A stretch of 57,914 nt of DNA. Source: Oscillospiraceae bacterium. Lineage in GTDB: Bacteria; Bacillota; Clostridia; Oscillospirales; Oscillospiraceae. The DNA is taken from assembly GCA_015067795.1 (NCBI GenBank), contig SVLU01000013.1:1-57914 (forward strand). Reading direction: 5' to 3'. Below, piece by piece: positions 38,025 through 46,844 of this stretch (its first letter is position 1; each line of letters begins with the position of its first letter). The position numbers and the translations under genes are program-made. Under the pieces are notes generated by a model. The model was not told the origin of the DNA. It did no database searches and was given only the letters and a program-made list of their open reading frames with translations.

Positions 38025-38633
38025 TTATTCAGCCTCTTTCAAAAGCTCCGTAACCCTGGGGCTCAGGTAGTTTGATAACATATCCACCACAGCCTCGGCA
38101 GAGTAGTCATAATAAACACCGTCGCTATTTTCGGCAATACGGAAGCCTCCGTCAAAATTGTCATTTGCCCTGAGCGTTACGCCCTTTATCATTCTGTCCT
38201 TAAGAGCCGCAAGGATAGCTTTTTCAAACCGCTTCAAATCTTCGCTGTTCATAACCACTGAGATATCCTCTGCATCCGGCTTGCTTGCCCATCCCTCAAC
38301 AGCCTTTACAACAAGCTGCACAAGTGCATCCGAGGTGTACACATCAGTAACACGTTCTCCGACAATAGCCTTAAGCTCTCTCGCAACGCTTTCTCTGAAG
38401 GAAATAAGGAGATTACGTCCCGCCTGTCGGATAGAGTCCTCGCCCGACTTCACCATTCGTTCATTCTCAGTTTTTGCATTAAGTATAATTCTGTCTGCCT
38501 GTGCCTGTGCATCTGCAATAATTTTCTCAGCCTGTTCGTTCGCAGCATCAACTATTGCCTTGGCTTCAAATTCCGCAGCCTCTACGCCGTCCTTTTTTAT
38601 CTGGTCAATAAGCTCCTGTAATTGTATTTCCAT
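38025..38633 (-). CDS. ntpE: V-type ATPase subunit E
   Basis: Starts at MEIQLQELIDQIKKDGVEAAE, after an AAAGGAGAAAG ribosome-binding site. N-terminal coiled coil plus a C-terminal globular domain. Confidence 0.75.
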   Translation of the reverse strand: MEIQLQELIDQIKKDGVEAAEFEAKAIVDAANEQAEKIIADAQAQADRIILNAKTENERMVKSGEDSIRQAGRNLLISFRESVARELKAIVGERVTDVYTSDALVQLVVKAVEGWASKPDAEDISVVMNSEDLKRFEKAILAALKDRMIKGVTLRANDNFDGGFRIAENSDGVYYDYSAEAVVDMLSNYLSPRVTELLKEAE

Positions 38634-38983
38634 AAGACTTTCTCCTTTATTGTATTTACACTGATCACAATCTTGACATGATCCGACACTCATTTTATGC
38701 AATGGGTATCAGGTTGCGTTTGCCTCCCCTGTTCACAGGGTTTTTCTGCAATACCGACAGCAAAATTGGTACAGTTAGTTTCCGTGCAACTGATTTTTAC
38801 GGCTGTAATTTTTCAATGCCGCGAATTCTGTTTTAACATCTTCCCCAGACTATTGTATCATTAAAACGCTAAATAATATAGTGTAATTTTTTGAATTTTG
38901 AAAAAATTTTTACCAAAATATTTGGGGTCACCAATCTCAATCGTTCCCGCAATCGCATACCGCAAGCTTAGTCTGCTCTAAAA

Positions 38984-39025
38984 AACAAAATCCCGAAAAC
39001 CCATAATTTGCAAGGGTTTTCGGGA
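38984..39025 (-). terminator. terminator downstream of the TPM-domain gene
   Basis: cccgaaaaccc...gggttttcggg hairpin. Confidence 0.6.
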
Positions 39026-39071
39026 CTTGAAAGTCTAATTTGATCTCATTTGGTTTCGGCAACTTTATCCT

Positions 39072-39854
39072 TTAAAAAGAACCCCTGCTTCCGCCGTGTG
39101 ATCTTCCTGAAGAGGATCTATGGGTGGAAGAACCGCCGGAACTGCTGCTCTCCCGCTTCTGTCGGCGGACCTGACGGTACAGGAACATATCACGTCTTTC
39201 GGTGACTTTCATGCTTCCGGATTTTACATATTCGGAAGCCGCAGTTTGAGCACGAACGGTCTTGAGCTTGCTTCTCATGACACCTGTCACAATAAGTGCC
39301 GCAAACAGACCGATACCAAGAGAAATCAGCAGAGTTTTTCCAACGTTAAAAGTTCCTCTTGGCAGGCTACCCACATCATAAGGTCTGCCTGTCTTTGCCT
39401 GAGAGATAAATTCATCACAGAGTTCGGCGTATGTATCAAATGCCGCACTATACTCACCAGCGGACAGAAGATCCGCAAACTGATTTGCCATATAATCCAG
39501 TCCGGCATCGGTAAATGCAGTAATGCAGTATCCGGTAGTGGAAATGGCCCATTCCCTGTCATAGTCGGAAACTAACAGCAAAATGCCATCGGGCAGGTAT
39601 CCGTTCTCATCGTAATAGTCATCTGCAAAAGCTGTGATATCATTACCATACAGTGCCGGGATGGTCACGACAACAACGTCCATCCCCTGTCGGGTGCTGA
39701 TTTCATTTAGCTTACTTAAAAGTGCGGTTTCTTCACTGTCTGTCAAATAGTCTGCATTATCGTCCAGACGTGAGGAACCTGCGGCACAAACCGGAAGCAC
39801 CATGGAAACGCAGAACATTAGCAGGAAGACGAGAGATAAATATTTCTTTTTCAT
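39072..39854 (-). CDS. TPM-domain (YgcG/YdjH-like) secreted/membrane protein with a C-terminal TM helix and a Gly/Ser/Arg-rich tail
   Basis: Signal peptide; ...LTDSEETALLSKLNEISTRQGMDVVVVTI... is the TPM fold signature. TM helix LLISLGIGLFAALIVTGV, then a low-complexity tail. Confidence 0.7.
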   Translation of the reverse strand: MKKKYLSLVFLLMFCVSMVLPVCAAGSSRLDDNADYLTDSEETALLSKLNEISTRQGMDVVVVTIPALYGNDITAFADDYYDENGYLPDGILLLVSDYDREWAISTTGYCITAFTDAGLDYMANQFADLLSAGEYSAAFDTYAELCDEFISQAKTGRPYDVGSLPRGTFNVGKTLLISLGIGLFAALIVTGVMRSKLKTVRAQTAASEYVKSGSMKVTERRDMFLYRQVRRQKRESSSSGGSSTHRSSSGRSHGGSRGSF

Positions 39855-39867
39855 CGCCCACACCTCC

Positions 39868-40953
39868 TTACAGCAGCCACAGGAGATAGGAAACGGCAAA
39901 GCAAGCCGCACCGATCAGGCCTGTCAGTCCAAACAACCATTTTCTGAATGCACCCTTATCCACCGGAAGATCACCTACGAATTTACCTGTCTGGCCATTC
40001 ATAGCAAAGGTGTATTTTTTGCCGTTCCATGTGGTATTCAGCAGCCAAACAGGATACAGAGCATATTTTGCTGTTCCGTTCTGCAGGCGAATACTTGTGA
40101 ATTCCGGTACAACTGTGGTATAGCCCTGCACTGTGGAGGCAAAGGCATTTTCTGTACTCTTTTTGATACGCTGATTTGCCCGCTCAACGCTCTGCTCAGA
40201 ATCAACATCATACTTATCCGCCAAGTAACCGGCAAGATATGCCGTTTGGAAATCCACCGCTTCGGCAAAGTTGTAAGGCTCGATGGATTCCATAAGCGCA
40301 TCATCCATCTTGGAAGAGCCGTCCACCGGCACACGTTCAAAGCCTATCTGACCGCCTCGGCTTACCGCATAAAAGCTTGTTTCGGTGTAGTTATAGTTGC
40401 GGTCGCTCCATGCACGAACCTTCGTTGCCTTATAACGGATATTAGCATCGGCATCAGCATCAAAGAGCCAAACCGGAACATATATACCCTTGATTTCATC
40501 GAGATGGTTTTCGTCCTTAAACACCTTAGGCATCAGACGCTTTCCTTCATAATGCTTCTTTAACGCCGCTTTAGCCGCTTTTTTATCTATCTTAAACGGA
40601 ATTACATAGTCAGGCTTCAGGCTGCCCGAAAACTGACGCATCATAACAATAGGATTACCGCAGAATGGGCAGGAGGTTGCCGCAGTCGTTTCGTCACCGA
40701 CAATTTCACAGCCGCAGGATTTGCAGATATAGGAGTTCAGTCCATCTGTTTCACCGTCCTGCCATTCAGAACCAGCTGCATTTTCCCACTTCATTTCTTC
40801 CGCAGGCTGGTTTTTCAGTTCTTCGTCGTAGGAAACCAAGGTCTCCATTTCAAATTCCGCATCGCAAAACGGACACTTCATCTTTTGCAGCGAGCTGTTA
40901 AACTCGATAGGTCCGCCGCAGCAGGGGCATTTGTATTCCTGTAATACAGCCAT
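39868..40953 (-). CDS. double zinc-ribbon membrane protein (YdjG-like)
   Basis: CPCCG...CPFC and CKSCG...CPFCG ribbons, a central soluble domain and a C-terminal TM helix. Confidence 0.6.
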   Translation of the reverse strand: MAVLQEYKCPCCGGPIEFNSSLQKMKCPFCDAEFEMETLVSYDEELKNQPAEEMKWENAAGSEWQDGETDGLNSYICKSCGCEIVGDETTAATSCPFCGNPIVMMRQFSGSLKPDYVIPFKIDKKAAKAALKKHYEGKRLMPKVFKDENHLDEIKGIYVPVWLFDADADANIRYKATKVRAWSDRNYNYTETSFYAVSRGGQIGFERVPVDGSSKMDDALMESIEPYNFAEAVDFQTAYLAGYLADKYDVDSEQSVERANQRIKKSTENAFASTVQGYTTVVPEFTSIRLQNGTAKYALYPVWLLNTTWNGKKYTFAMNGQTGKFVGDLPVDKGAFRKWLFGLTGLIGAACFAVSYLLWLL

Positions 40954-40976
40954 TTATACCACCTCCTTATGCGTTC

Positions 40977-42374
40977 TTATCTTTTATCGTTGTCATCAAA
41001 CAGGTCTCCGCATTCCGGACAGAATTTTGGTGGGTTGCGTGGATCTTCCGGTTCCCAGCCGCACTTGTCACAGCGATACAGCGGAGCACCTTCCGGTTTC
41101 TTTGAGCCGCAATTCTGGCAGAACTTACCCTTGTTTACTGCACCGCAGGAACAGGTCCAGCCGCCATCAGCAGGCTTTGGAGATCCGCATTCAGGACAGA
41201 ACTTTCCTGTTGCCATAGTGCCGCATTTGCATTTCCAGCTTCCTGCCTGTACAGGCTCCGGCTTCTTACCGCCGCATTCCGGGCAGAACTTACCGGTTGC
41301 CATTGCTCCGCAGGAGCATTTCCAACCGTTTGCATTAGGTGCAGCCTGAACGGGCTGCTGTGGCTGCTGCTGACCCATAGCAAAGAGGTTTTGAGGGTTT
41401 ACACCGCCTGCATTCATTGCCATGCCCATTCCCATAAAGCCGGTCATAGCACCGGCCTGGTTGGAGGCTGCTGCCTTCATTGCATCTGCCTGAGCACCAA
41501 CCAATGTAGCCGCCGCCATGGTAGGATCACGCATGATAGCGGTACGCTGTGCCTGCTTGATCATTTCCGCATCTTCTTCCGGCAGAGTAACAGAACCGAG
41601 AGCGATGCTTACAACCTGCAAGCCTCTCAGCTCGCCCCACTTCGCGGAAAGCGCAGCATTCATGGCTTCTTCTAACTCTGTGTTGTGAGAAATGATCTGA
41701 TTTGGACGAAGCTCCATATTGGACAGTCTGCCCAGTGCCGGCTGTAATGCGCTGATGAACTCAGTCTTTAACTGATTTTCAATCTCGTCACGGGTATATT
41801 CCTGTTCCACATTGCCGCATACGTTGGTATAGAACAGCAGAGGATTTGCGATCTTATAGGAATATACACCGAAGCAGCGGAGAGATACGTCAATATCCAG
41901 ACCGATTTTAGAGTCCACTACCCGGAATGGAATTGGGTTTGGTGTACCGAATTTGTTGTCAATCAGCTCTTTTGTGTTGAAATAGTAAACACGCTGATCC
42001 TTGCCTGTGTCACCGCCAAAGGTAAAACGCTTACCAACGGTTTTAAATGTTTCCTTTATGCTGCTGCCAAGACTGCCTGCAAAAATGCTTGGTTCTGTGG
42101 AAGTGTCGTATGTAAATTCACCGGGTTCAGCACAGACCTCAACGATTTTGCCTTGCTCCACGATCATCATGCACTGACCGTCCGCAACGGCGATTACGCT
42201 GCCGTTGGAAATAATATTATCGCTGCCCTTGGTATTGGAGGAACGTCTGCCTGTACGCTTACGTCCTTTAGCCACCATAGTGTCCTTATCCATTGATTCG
42301 CAATAGAAATACTCTTTCCATTGATCGGCAAAGGTTCCGCCTAAAGCTCCTAAGCCTGCTTTAATGAGACCCAT
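40977..42374 (-). CDS. SPFH/band-7 domain protein (YdjI-like) fused to three or four C-terminal zinc-ribbon repeats
   Basis: N-terminus MGLIKAGLGALGG...NTKGSDNIISNGSVIAV...; the SPFH core is in the central region. A Met/Gly/Ala/Gln-rich linker follows, then W(K/T)C(S/K)CG..(A/N)(T/K)GKFC(P/Q)(E/N)CG repeated three times, plus a CDKCG...CPECG. Confidence 0.7.
   Translation of the reverse strand: MGLIKAGLGALGGTFADQWKEYFYCESMDKDTMVAKGRKRTGRRSSNTKGSDNIISNGSVIAVADGQCMMIVEQGKIVEVCAEPGEFTYDTSTEPSIFAGSLGSSIKETFKTVGKRFTFGGDTGKDQRVYYFNTKELIDNKFGTPNPIPFRVVDSKIGLDIDVSLRCFGVYSYKIANPLLFYTNVCGNVEQEYTRDEIENQLKTEFISALQPALGRLSNMELRPNQIISHNTELEEAMNAALSAKWGELRGLQVVSIALGSVTLPEEDAEMIKQAQRTAIMRDPTMAAATLVGAQADAMKAAASNQAGAMTGFMGMGMAMNAGGVNPQNLFAMGQQQPQQPVQAAPNANGWKCSCGAMATGKFCPECGGKKPEPVQAGSWKCKCGTMATGKFCPECGSPKPADGGWTCSCGAVNKGKFCQNCGSKKPEGAPLYRCDKCGWEPEDPRNPPKFCPECGDLFDDNDKR
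41010..41340. repeat. tandem repeats of about 63 bp (x3) encoding the zinc-ribbon repeats
   Basis: ccgcattccggrcagaayttwccggttgccat.g..ccgcag... repeated in phase. Confidence 0.7.
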
Positions 42375-42410
42375 AATTCATTTCTCCTTTTTTAGTTTTA
42401 TATACTATTT

Positions 42411-43757
42411 TTATTTACTTGGCATACCGTTATTACCGACTGTAAATTCAATCTTTTCTGTGCCATTGTCAACATCGTCCAGAATTAACTTACCCGGATC
42501 GGTTGGCACTATGAATTTGTTATCGGCAAGCCAGGATGGACTTACATTCATTTCGCCAACCTTTGTAACGCTGCCGTCTGCATTCAGACTTAGAACGACA
42601 AGGCTCATCTGTCGCCAGCCCTCTTCAAAGTCCTCGCAGAACAAATACACATAATTACCATCTGCAGCCTTGACATAATATGGGTGTAAGTCATATACAT
42701 AACATTCCTCATAGTAGTACTGACCGTCTGTATCTGTGTAGATGCCATAATCCATAAAGTGATTACGCTCATCGTTGTACCAGCCTGAAACGGATATTGC
42801 CTCTAAATCATCGTCTGTATCAAGTTCTGCAAAGAAGGAAATATCAAGGGGCAGTTCAATCGCATATTCCGCCGGAGCAACCATATATTTTTCGTTAAAC
42901 AGCTCCGGATACTCAGCAAAGGCAAGGGTTGCCGACGTCAAACCATCGTCACTCAAATCTCCTGCTGAAAAATAGAAGGTCAGACCGATATAATCAATCG
43001 TCCAGTTAAAGCCGTCGTATGGAGTGTTTGCGAAATAATCCTGAACGGCATATTCGGAATAGAAATCAGCTGTCCATGTATGATCGTTAAGTTCCTTTTC
43101 CACAGCTAATGCCAGATCATTATTTACAGACTTTACAACATCGTCCAGCGTAAGCTCTTCACCGCTTTGCGTATCATAGTTGCTGCCGTGAAATACTCTG
43201 TAATTTTCAATCTGACCGTAATGTGAATAGGAATCCGTCAGGAGACTGATGACAACACTATCCCCACGGCGTACCTGAACATCCAGCGTTGACACACAGG
43301 TTTCAAAGCCATCACTGTTTGCGTCCAGCTCTTCCCTGGCAATGCTTAACAGATTATCAAACTCATCCTCCATGGAACGGGTTTGCATTGCGGCGATTTG
43401 ATTGAAGGTTTCTGCCATTTCGGGATATAATTCCGCATCTTCCTGTCCAACCGTTACATAAGAATGTTCACTGCGGACCATATCCTTGCCGGAGGTATCA
43501 TCCCATTCGTAATACGTATGCAATGATTTTTCAAGGGAAAGAATCTTAACTGACTCAGTATCGTTTACTACCGGATCTTCGGTGATTTCGGTATCGGGCT
43601 GGTTTTCGGTTATTTCTTCACTTTCGGTATCGGGCTCTGTTTCTATTATGTCTTCATTTTCAGGCTCCTGAGGCTGTTCAGTATCTTTTTGGCAAGCGGC
43701 CAAACACAGAAGCATACAGACAGAAAGCAGTAAACTTACAATTTTCTGACACTTCAT
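42411..43757 (-). CDS. acidic lipoprotein of unknown function
   Basis: Lipobox LAAC, an acidic E/T/P-rich linker, and a roughly 380 aa Asp/Tyr-rich globular region. Confidence 0.7.
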   Translation of the reverse strand: MKCQKIVSLLLSVCMLLCLAACQKDTEQPQEPENEDIIETEPDTESEEITENQPDTEITEDPVVNDTESVKILSLEKSLHTYYEWDDTSGKDMVRSEHSYVTVGQEDAELYPEMAETFNQIAAMQTRSMEDEFDNLLSIAREELDANSDGFETCVSTLDVQVRRGDSVVISLLTDSYSHYGQIENYRVFHGSNYDTQSGEELTLDDVVKSVNNDLALAVEKELNDHTWTADFYSEYAVQDYFANTPYDGFNWTIDYIGLTFYFSAGDLSDDGLTSATLAFAEYPELFNEKYMVAPAEYAIELPLDISFFAELDTDDDLEAISVSGWYNDERNHFMDYGIYTDTDGQYYYEECYVYDLHPYYVKAADGNYVYLFCEDFEEGWRQMSLVVLSLNADGSVTKVGEMNVSPSWLADNKFIVPTDPGKLILDDVDNGTEKIEFTVGNNGMPSK

Positions 43758-43789
43758 TTGGGTAAATCTCCTTCCTGATTTTAAACACA

Positions 43790-43822
43790 GGGCGAAAGGG
43801 CTGCTGCCCCTTCGCCCTCTAT
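43790..43822 (-). terminator. terminator between the two lipoprotein genes
   Basis: agggcgaagg...ccttcgccct hairpin. Confidence 0.5.
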
Positions 43823-43835
43823 TATAGCTATTATT

Positions 43836-45143
43836 TTACTTTCGTACAAGTACCCAATCCAAGTCAAGAACCAGATTGCCATCTTCGATCTCTGCGTAGA
43901 AGTTGCTATGATCACCGTCATCATAGCGAATGTCAATATTATTGTCGTACAGAGTATAGGAGAATTCATAGGTGTCGTCCTTCCATGTGTAAACACCTCT
44001 GCCGTCGGCTTTGAATGTGAAGCTTTCGTTATTTCCTGCTTCTTCATCCAGCCAGCATCCAATCAATGCGCTTGCCAAATCGCTGTCATCGGAAACTTCG
44101 ATCTCTTCGTCGGATTTGTCCAGTATGATCTCATTGCCGAACTGGTCAATAAGGGTCAGCACGCTGCCGGCTGCAGAAACAGTGAAGCTTTCCTCGTCGC
44201 CGTCATCGTATGTCAGAGTGAGACTATCGCCGCTAACCGCATATGTAAATGGATATTCCGGACCGCTGATAAGAAGACCGCTGCCATCTTCATTGAATAC
44301 ATAAGTGTTGTCCCAGTCGCTGTCTCTTTCAAGCCATGTGCCGTAAAGTGCGGAAGCATCCACGTTCACAACGGGAGCTGCAGTTCCTTCGTCAGCTTCC
44401 AGATCCCATGTTCTGCCGCTGTCCACACCAAATAGCTGGCCTGCGATCCATGCATACTGGTCTTCAGTAATATCCCAACCGTTGACTGTAAAACCGAAAA
44501 GACCGGGTGCTGTGACGCCATCCTCAACCTTGCCGTCGTCCATGACTCTCCAGAAGTAGTGCGTGTACTCGACGCCAACAAATACTTCGCTATAGGTAAA
44601 GTCGTCGGCAGAGGTATATGTAGTCTCAATGAGCTTTACGTCCTTGTCCTCCCACTTGAAGCCAAGGTCTATTACCTTCTGATCGTACTCTGGGTATTCT
44701 GCTGCGGTCTCAGGGGCCAGTTCGCCGTCAAAGTAGAGCTGCTCGAGAACGCCGTAACCTGTAGGAAGTTCAGTTGGGTCGTTATAGATGTCGCGGCTCC
44801 AATAAACATGGGAGTAGGTGCTGTAATCTCTGACATCGTCATATACCCAGAAGTCATTGAGATATCCGTCTGTCAGATATTCAGCATACTCATCCTCGTC
44901 GAAGTATGCGCCTTCAGGGCAGTAGATGGTGGCTGTGTAAGCCTCATAGTCCGGGTTGCTGCCGTACTGGGTCACAACGGACTTGACCTCGTCATCAGCC
45001 GGCTCAGACTCCTCAGGTGTTACATTCTCGTCCGTAGTGGACTCAACCGGTTCGGAATTCTCCTCAGGTGCTTCCTTTCCACCACAGGCAACCAGAGTAA
45101 GCAGCATGATTGCTGTAAGAATGATTGCTAAAATTCTTTTCAT
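43836..45143 (-). CDS. acidic lipoprotein of unknown function
   Basis: Lipobox LVAC, an acidic linker, and a very Asp/Tyr/Glu-rich body. Confidence 0.7.
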   Translation of the reverse strand: MKRILAIILTAIMLLTLVACGGKEAPEENSEPVESTTDENVTPEESEPADDEVKSVVTQYGSNPDYEAYTATIYCPEGAYFDEDEYAEYLTDGYLNDFWVYDDVRDYSTYSHVYWSRDIYNDPTELPTGYGVLEQLYFDGELAPETAAEYPEYDQKVIDLGFKWEDKDVKLIETTYTSADDFTYSEVFVGVEYTHYFWRVMDDGKVEDGVTAPGLFGFTVNGWDITEDQYAWIAGQLFGVDSGRTWDLEADEGTAAPVVNVDASALYGTWLERDSDWDNTYVFNEDGSGLLISGPEYPFTYAVSGDSLTLTYDDGDEESFTVSAAGSVLTLIDQFGNEIILDKSDEEIEVSDDSDLASALIGCWLDEEAGNNESFTFKADGRGVYTWKDDTYEFSYTLYDNNIDIRYDDGDHSNFYAEIEDGNLVLDLDWVLVRK

Positions 45144-45164
45144 TTTCTTTTCCTCCTATGTATA

Positions 45165-46001
45165 CTACTTTTTAAATAACTTACCGAAGAAACCTTGCTT
45201 TACCTTGCCTTCTTCGATGGCGTTTGCTGTTTCAATACCCTCTTTGACGACTTCCTTCACGTTTTCGCCCTTCACCGCTGCCTTGAGGGCTGCTGCGGCG
45301 GTATCGCCAAGATTGCGTACCTGCATACGGCTTTTGCGTTCCAGGTCAAACTCAGCCTTGCCAAGCCATGCTATGCGGTCGCTATTAATCCGATTAGCCA
45401 GATCATGGAATGCTCTAACCCCATCCGCACCGGATACTTCAGACTCAAAACGAATTTCACGGATGCAAATATCGTCGTATGGAATGGTCAGCACACAGCG
45501 GTTAACCTTGCCATCATCGCCCTTGGATTCTTCAACCTGTACATATTCAGCATTTGGGTTAGTGATTTCGCTGCGGCGTGTAAAGAATTCGGACTCACCT
45601 TCGGAGCGGAACTCATAAGGCATCATCTTTTCAAACCAGAATACCGGGATATGCTCATAGCGGCTCATCTCGCTCATGTTGATCTGGAAAGCACCAATGG
45701 TGGTGTTGCAGCGGTAGTGGACACGCTTGCTACCTAAGTCCCAAGTGTTGAAGCTGCGTTCTGCTCGAGCAAATCTACCTTCAGCGGCATCAAAGCTGGC
45801 CTCAAAATCAGCTGCTTCCTGTCCCAGATTATCCATCATAAGCTGGGCGTTGTCTTTAGAGGTGTAGCTCATTCTTGCGAAGTAATTGGTTTTGTGCTTA
45901 CATTCGTTGCAGATAAATTCCTTTGTTGCCAGTTTGGAGCGCTTCAATGCTCCTACTTCTGTACCGCAAAAGGTACAGGCTTCTTTGCTAAATAAACCCA
46001 T
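45165..46001 (-). CDS. zinc-ribbon protein of unknown function (N-terminal C-x2-C...C-x2-C)
   Basis: Starts MGLFSKEACTFCG...CNECK, followed by a roughly 250 aa domain with no recognisable motif. Confidence 0.55.
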   Translation of the reverse strand: MGLFSKEACTFCGTEVGALKRSKLATKEFICNECKHKTNYFARMSYTSKDNAQLMMDNLGQEAADFEASFDAAEGRFARAERSFNTWDLGSKRVHYRCNTTIGAFQINMSEMSRYEHIPVFWFEKMMPYEFRSEGESEFFTRRSEITNPNAEYVQVEESKGDDGKVNRCVLTIPYDDICIREIRFESEVSGADGVRAFHDLANRINSDRIAWLGKAEFDLERKSRMQVRNLGDTAAAALKAAVKGENVKEVVKEGIETANAIEEGKVKQGFFGKLFKK

Positions 46002-46054
46002 AATCTTTCTTCCTTTCCTTAATAACTGTTGAATAAAATCCTGCAATTTGGGCT

Positions 46055-46354
46055 TTACAGCTTTTCGGCACAGCGTTTACAACAGACACCGCCATTGTCC
46101 AATGCACCATACACCGTGCACTCCTCACAGACCATATCTCCGCATACTTCACAACGATTAAGCTCATGACGTACTTCATTGTTTGCCCGCTCGTAAGCCT
46201 TGCTGTGATCGTTTGCGTAGATAATAGCCCGTGCCTCCCGTTCATCGCGGCTGAGCCAAAGCTTCTTTTTGAACTGCATCTGTGGCTCGATCACGATGGG
46301 CGGCAAAGACTTCCCACAGCAATCACAGAAAAATTCAAACTCGAAACGGCTCAT
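46055..46354 (-). CDS. small multi-CxxC zinc-finger protein
   Basis: FCDCCG, CEVCGD, CEEC and CCKRC within 99 aa. Confidence 0.5.
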   Translation of the reverse strand: MSRFEFEFFCDCCGKSLPPIVIEPQMQFKKKLWLSRDEREARAIIYANDHSKAYERANNEVRHELNRCEVCGDMVCEECTVYGALDNGGVCCKRCAEKL

Positions 46355-46540
46355 TGTTGAATTATCTGCAAACCGTTTTGTGACAGATCTCAGCACGGTT
46401 GACCTCCTTCCAATATTTTATTTCAATTATATTTTACGAGAAAAACCGTCTCTGGAACAGGCCACTTCAGCAGCAAAAAGGGCTAATTTTAGGGCTACCA
46501 TGGGAGGGTTACCATCATTAAGGTATCAGCGATAACTTAT

Positions 46541-46556
46541 AATTGACAGTATTGTC
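46541..46556. promoter_or_regulatory. palindromic -35/operator candidate TTGACA-gtat-TGTCAA upstream of the XRE gene
   Basis: TTGACAgtatTGTCAAattatgcTATATT lies 45 bp upstream of the ATG. Confidence 0.45.
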
Positions 46557-46601
46557 AAATTATGCTATATTATGATATACTAAACATGAGAGGTTATCCC
46601 C

Positions 46602-46844
46602 ATGAGTGGAATTAAATTAGACATTCATAATAAGGCTTTTCCGGACCAGGTCAAGTATGTACGCATGGTTTTGCAATTAAGCCAGACAGAGCTTGCTGAG
46701 CAGATCGGTGTCTCCTACGCAACCGTCAGCCGTTGGGAACGCGAAAACCGCAAGCCGCAGCTTGCAATGCTGGGCAAGTTCTATTCCTTCTGTTTGCGTA
46801 ATGGCATTGAGCCGGAAAACACAGAACAAGGAGATCAGATATGA
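46602..46844 (+). CDS. XRE-family HTH transcriptional regulator (small, Cro/CI-like)
   Basis: LSQTELAEQIGVSYATVSRWERENRKP. Confidence 0.85.
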   Translation: MSGIKLDIHNKAFPDQVKYVRMVLQLSQTELAEQIGVSYATVSRWERENRKPQLAMLGKFYSFCLRNGIEPENTEQGDQI

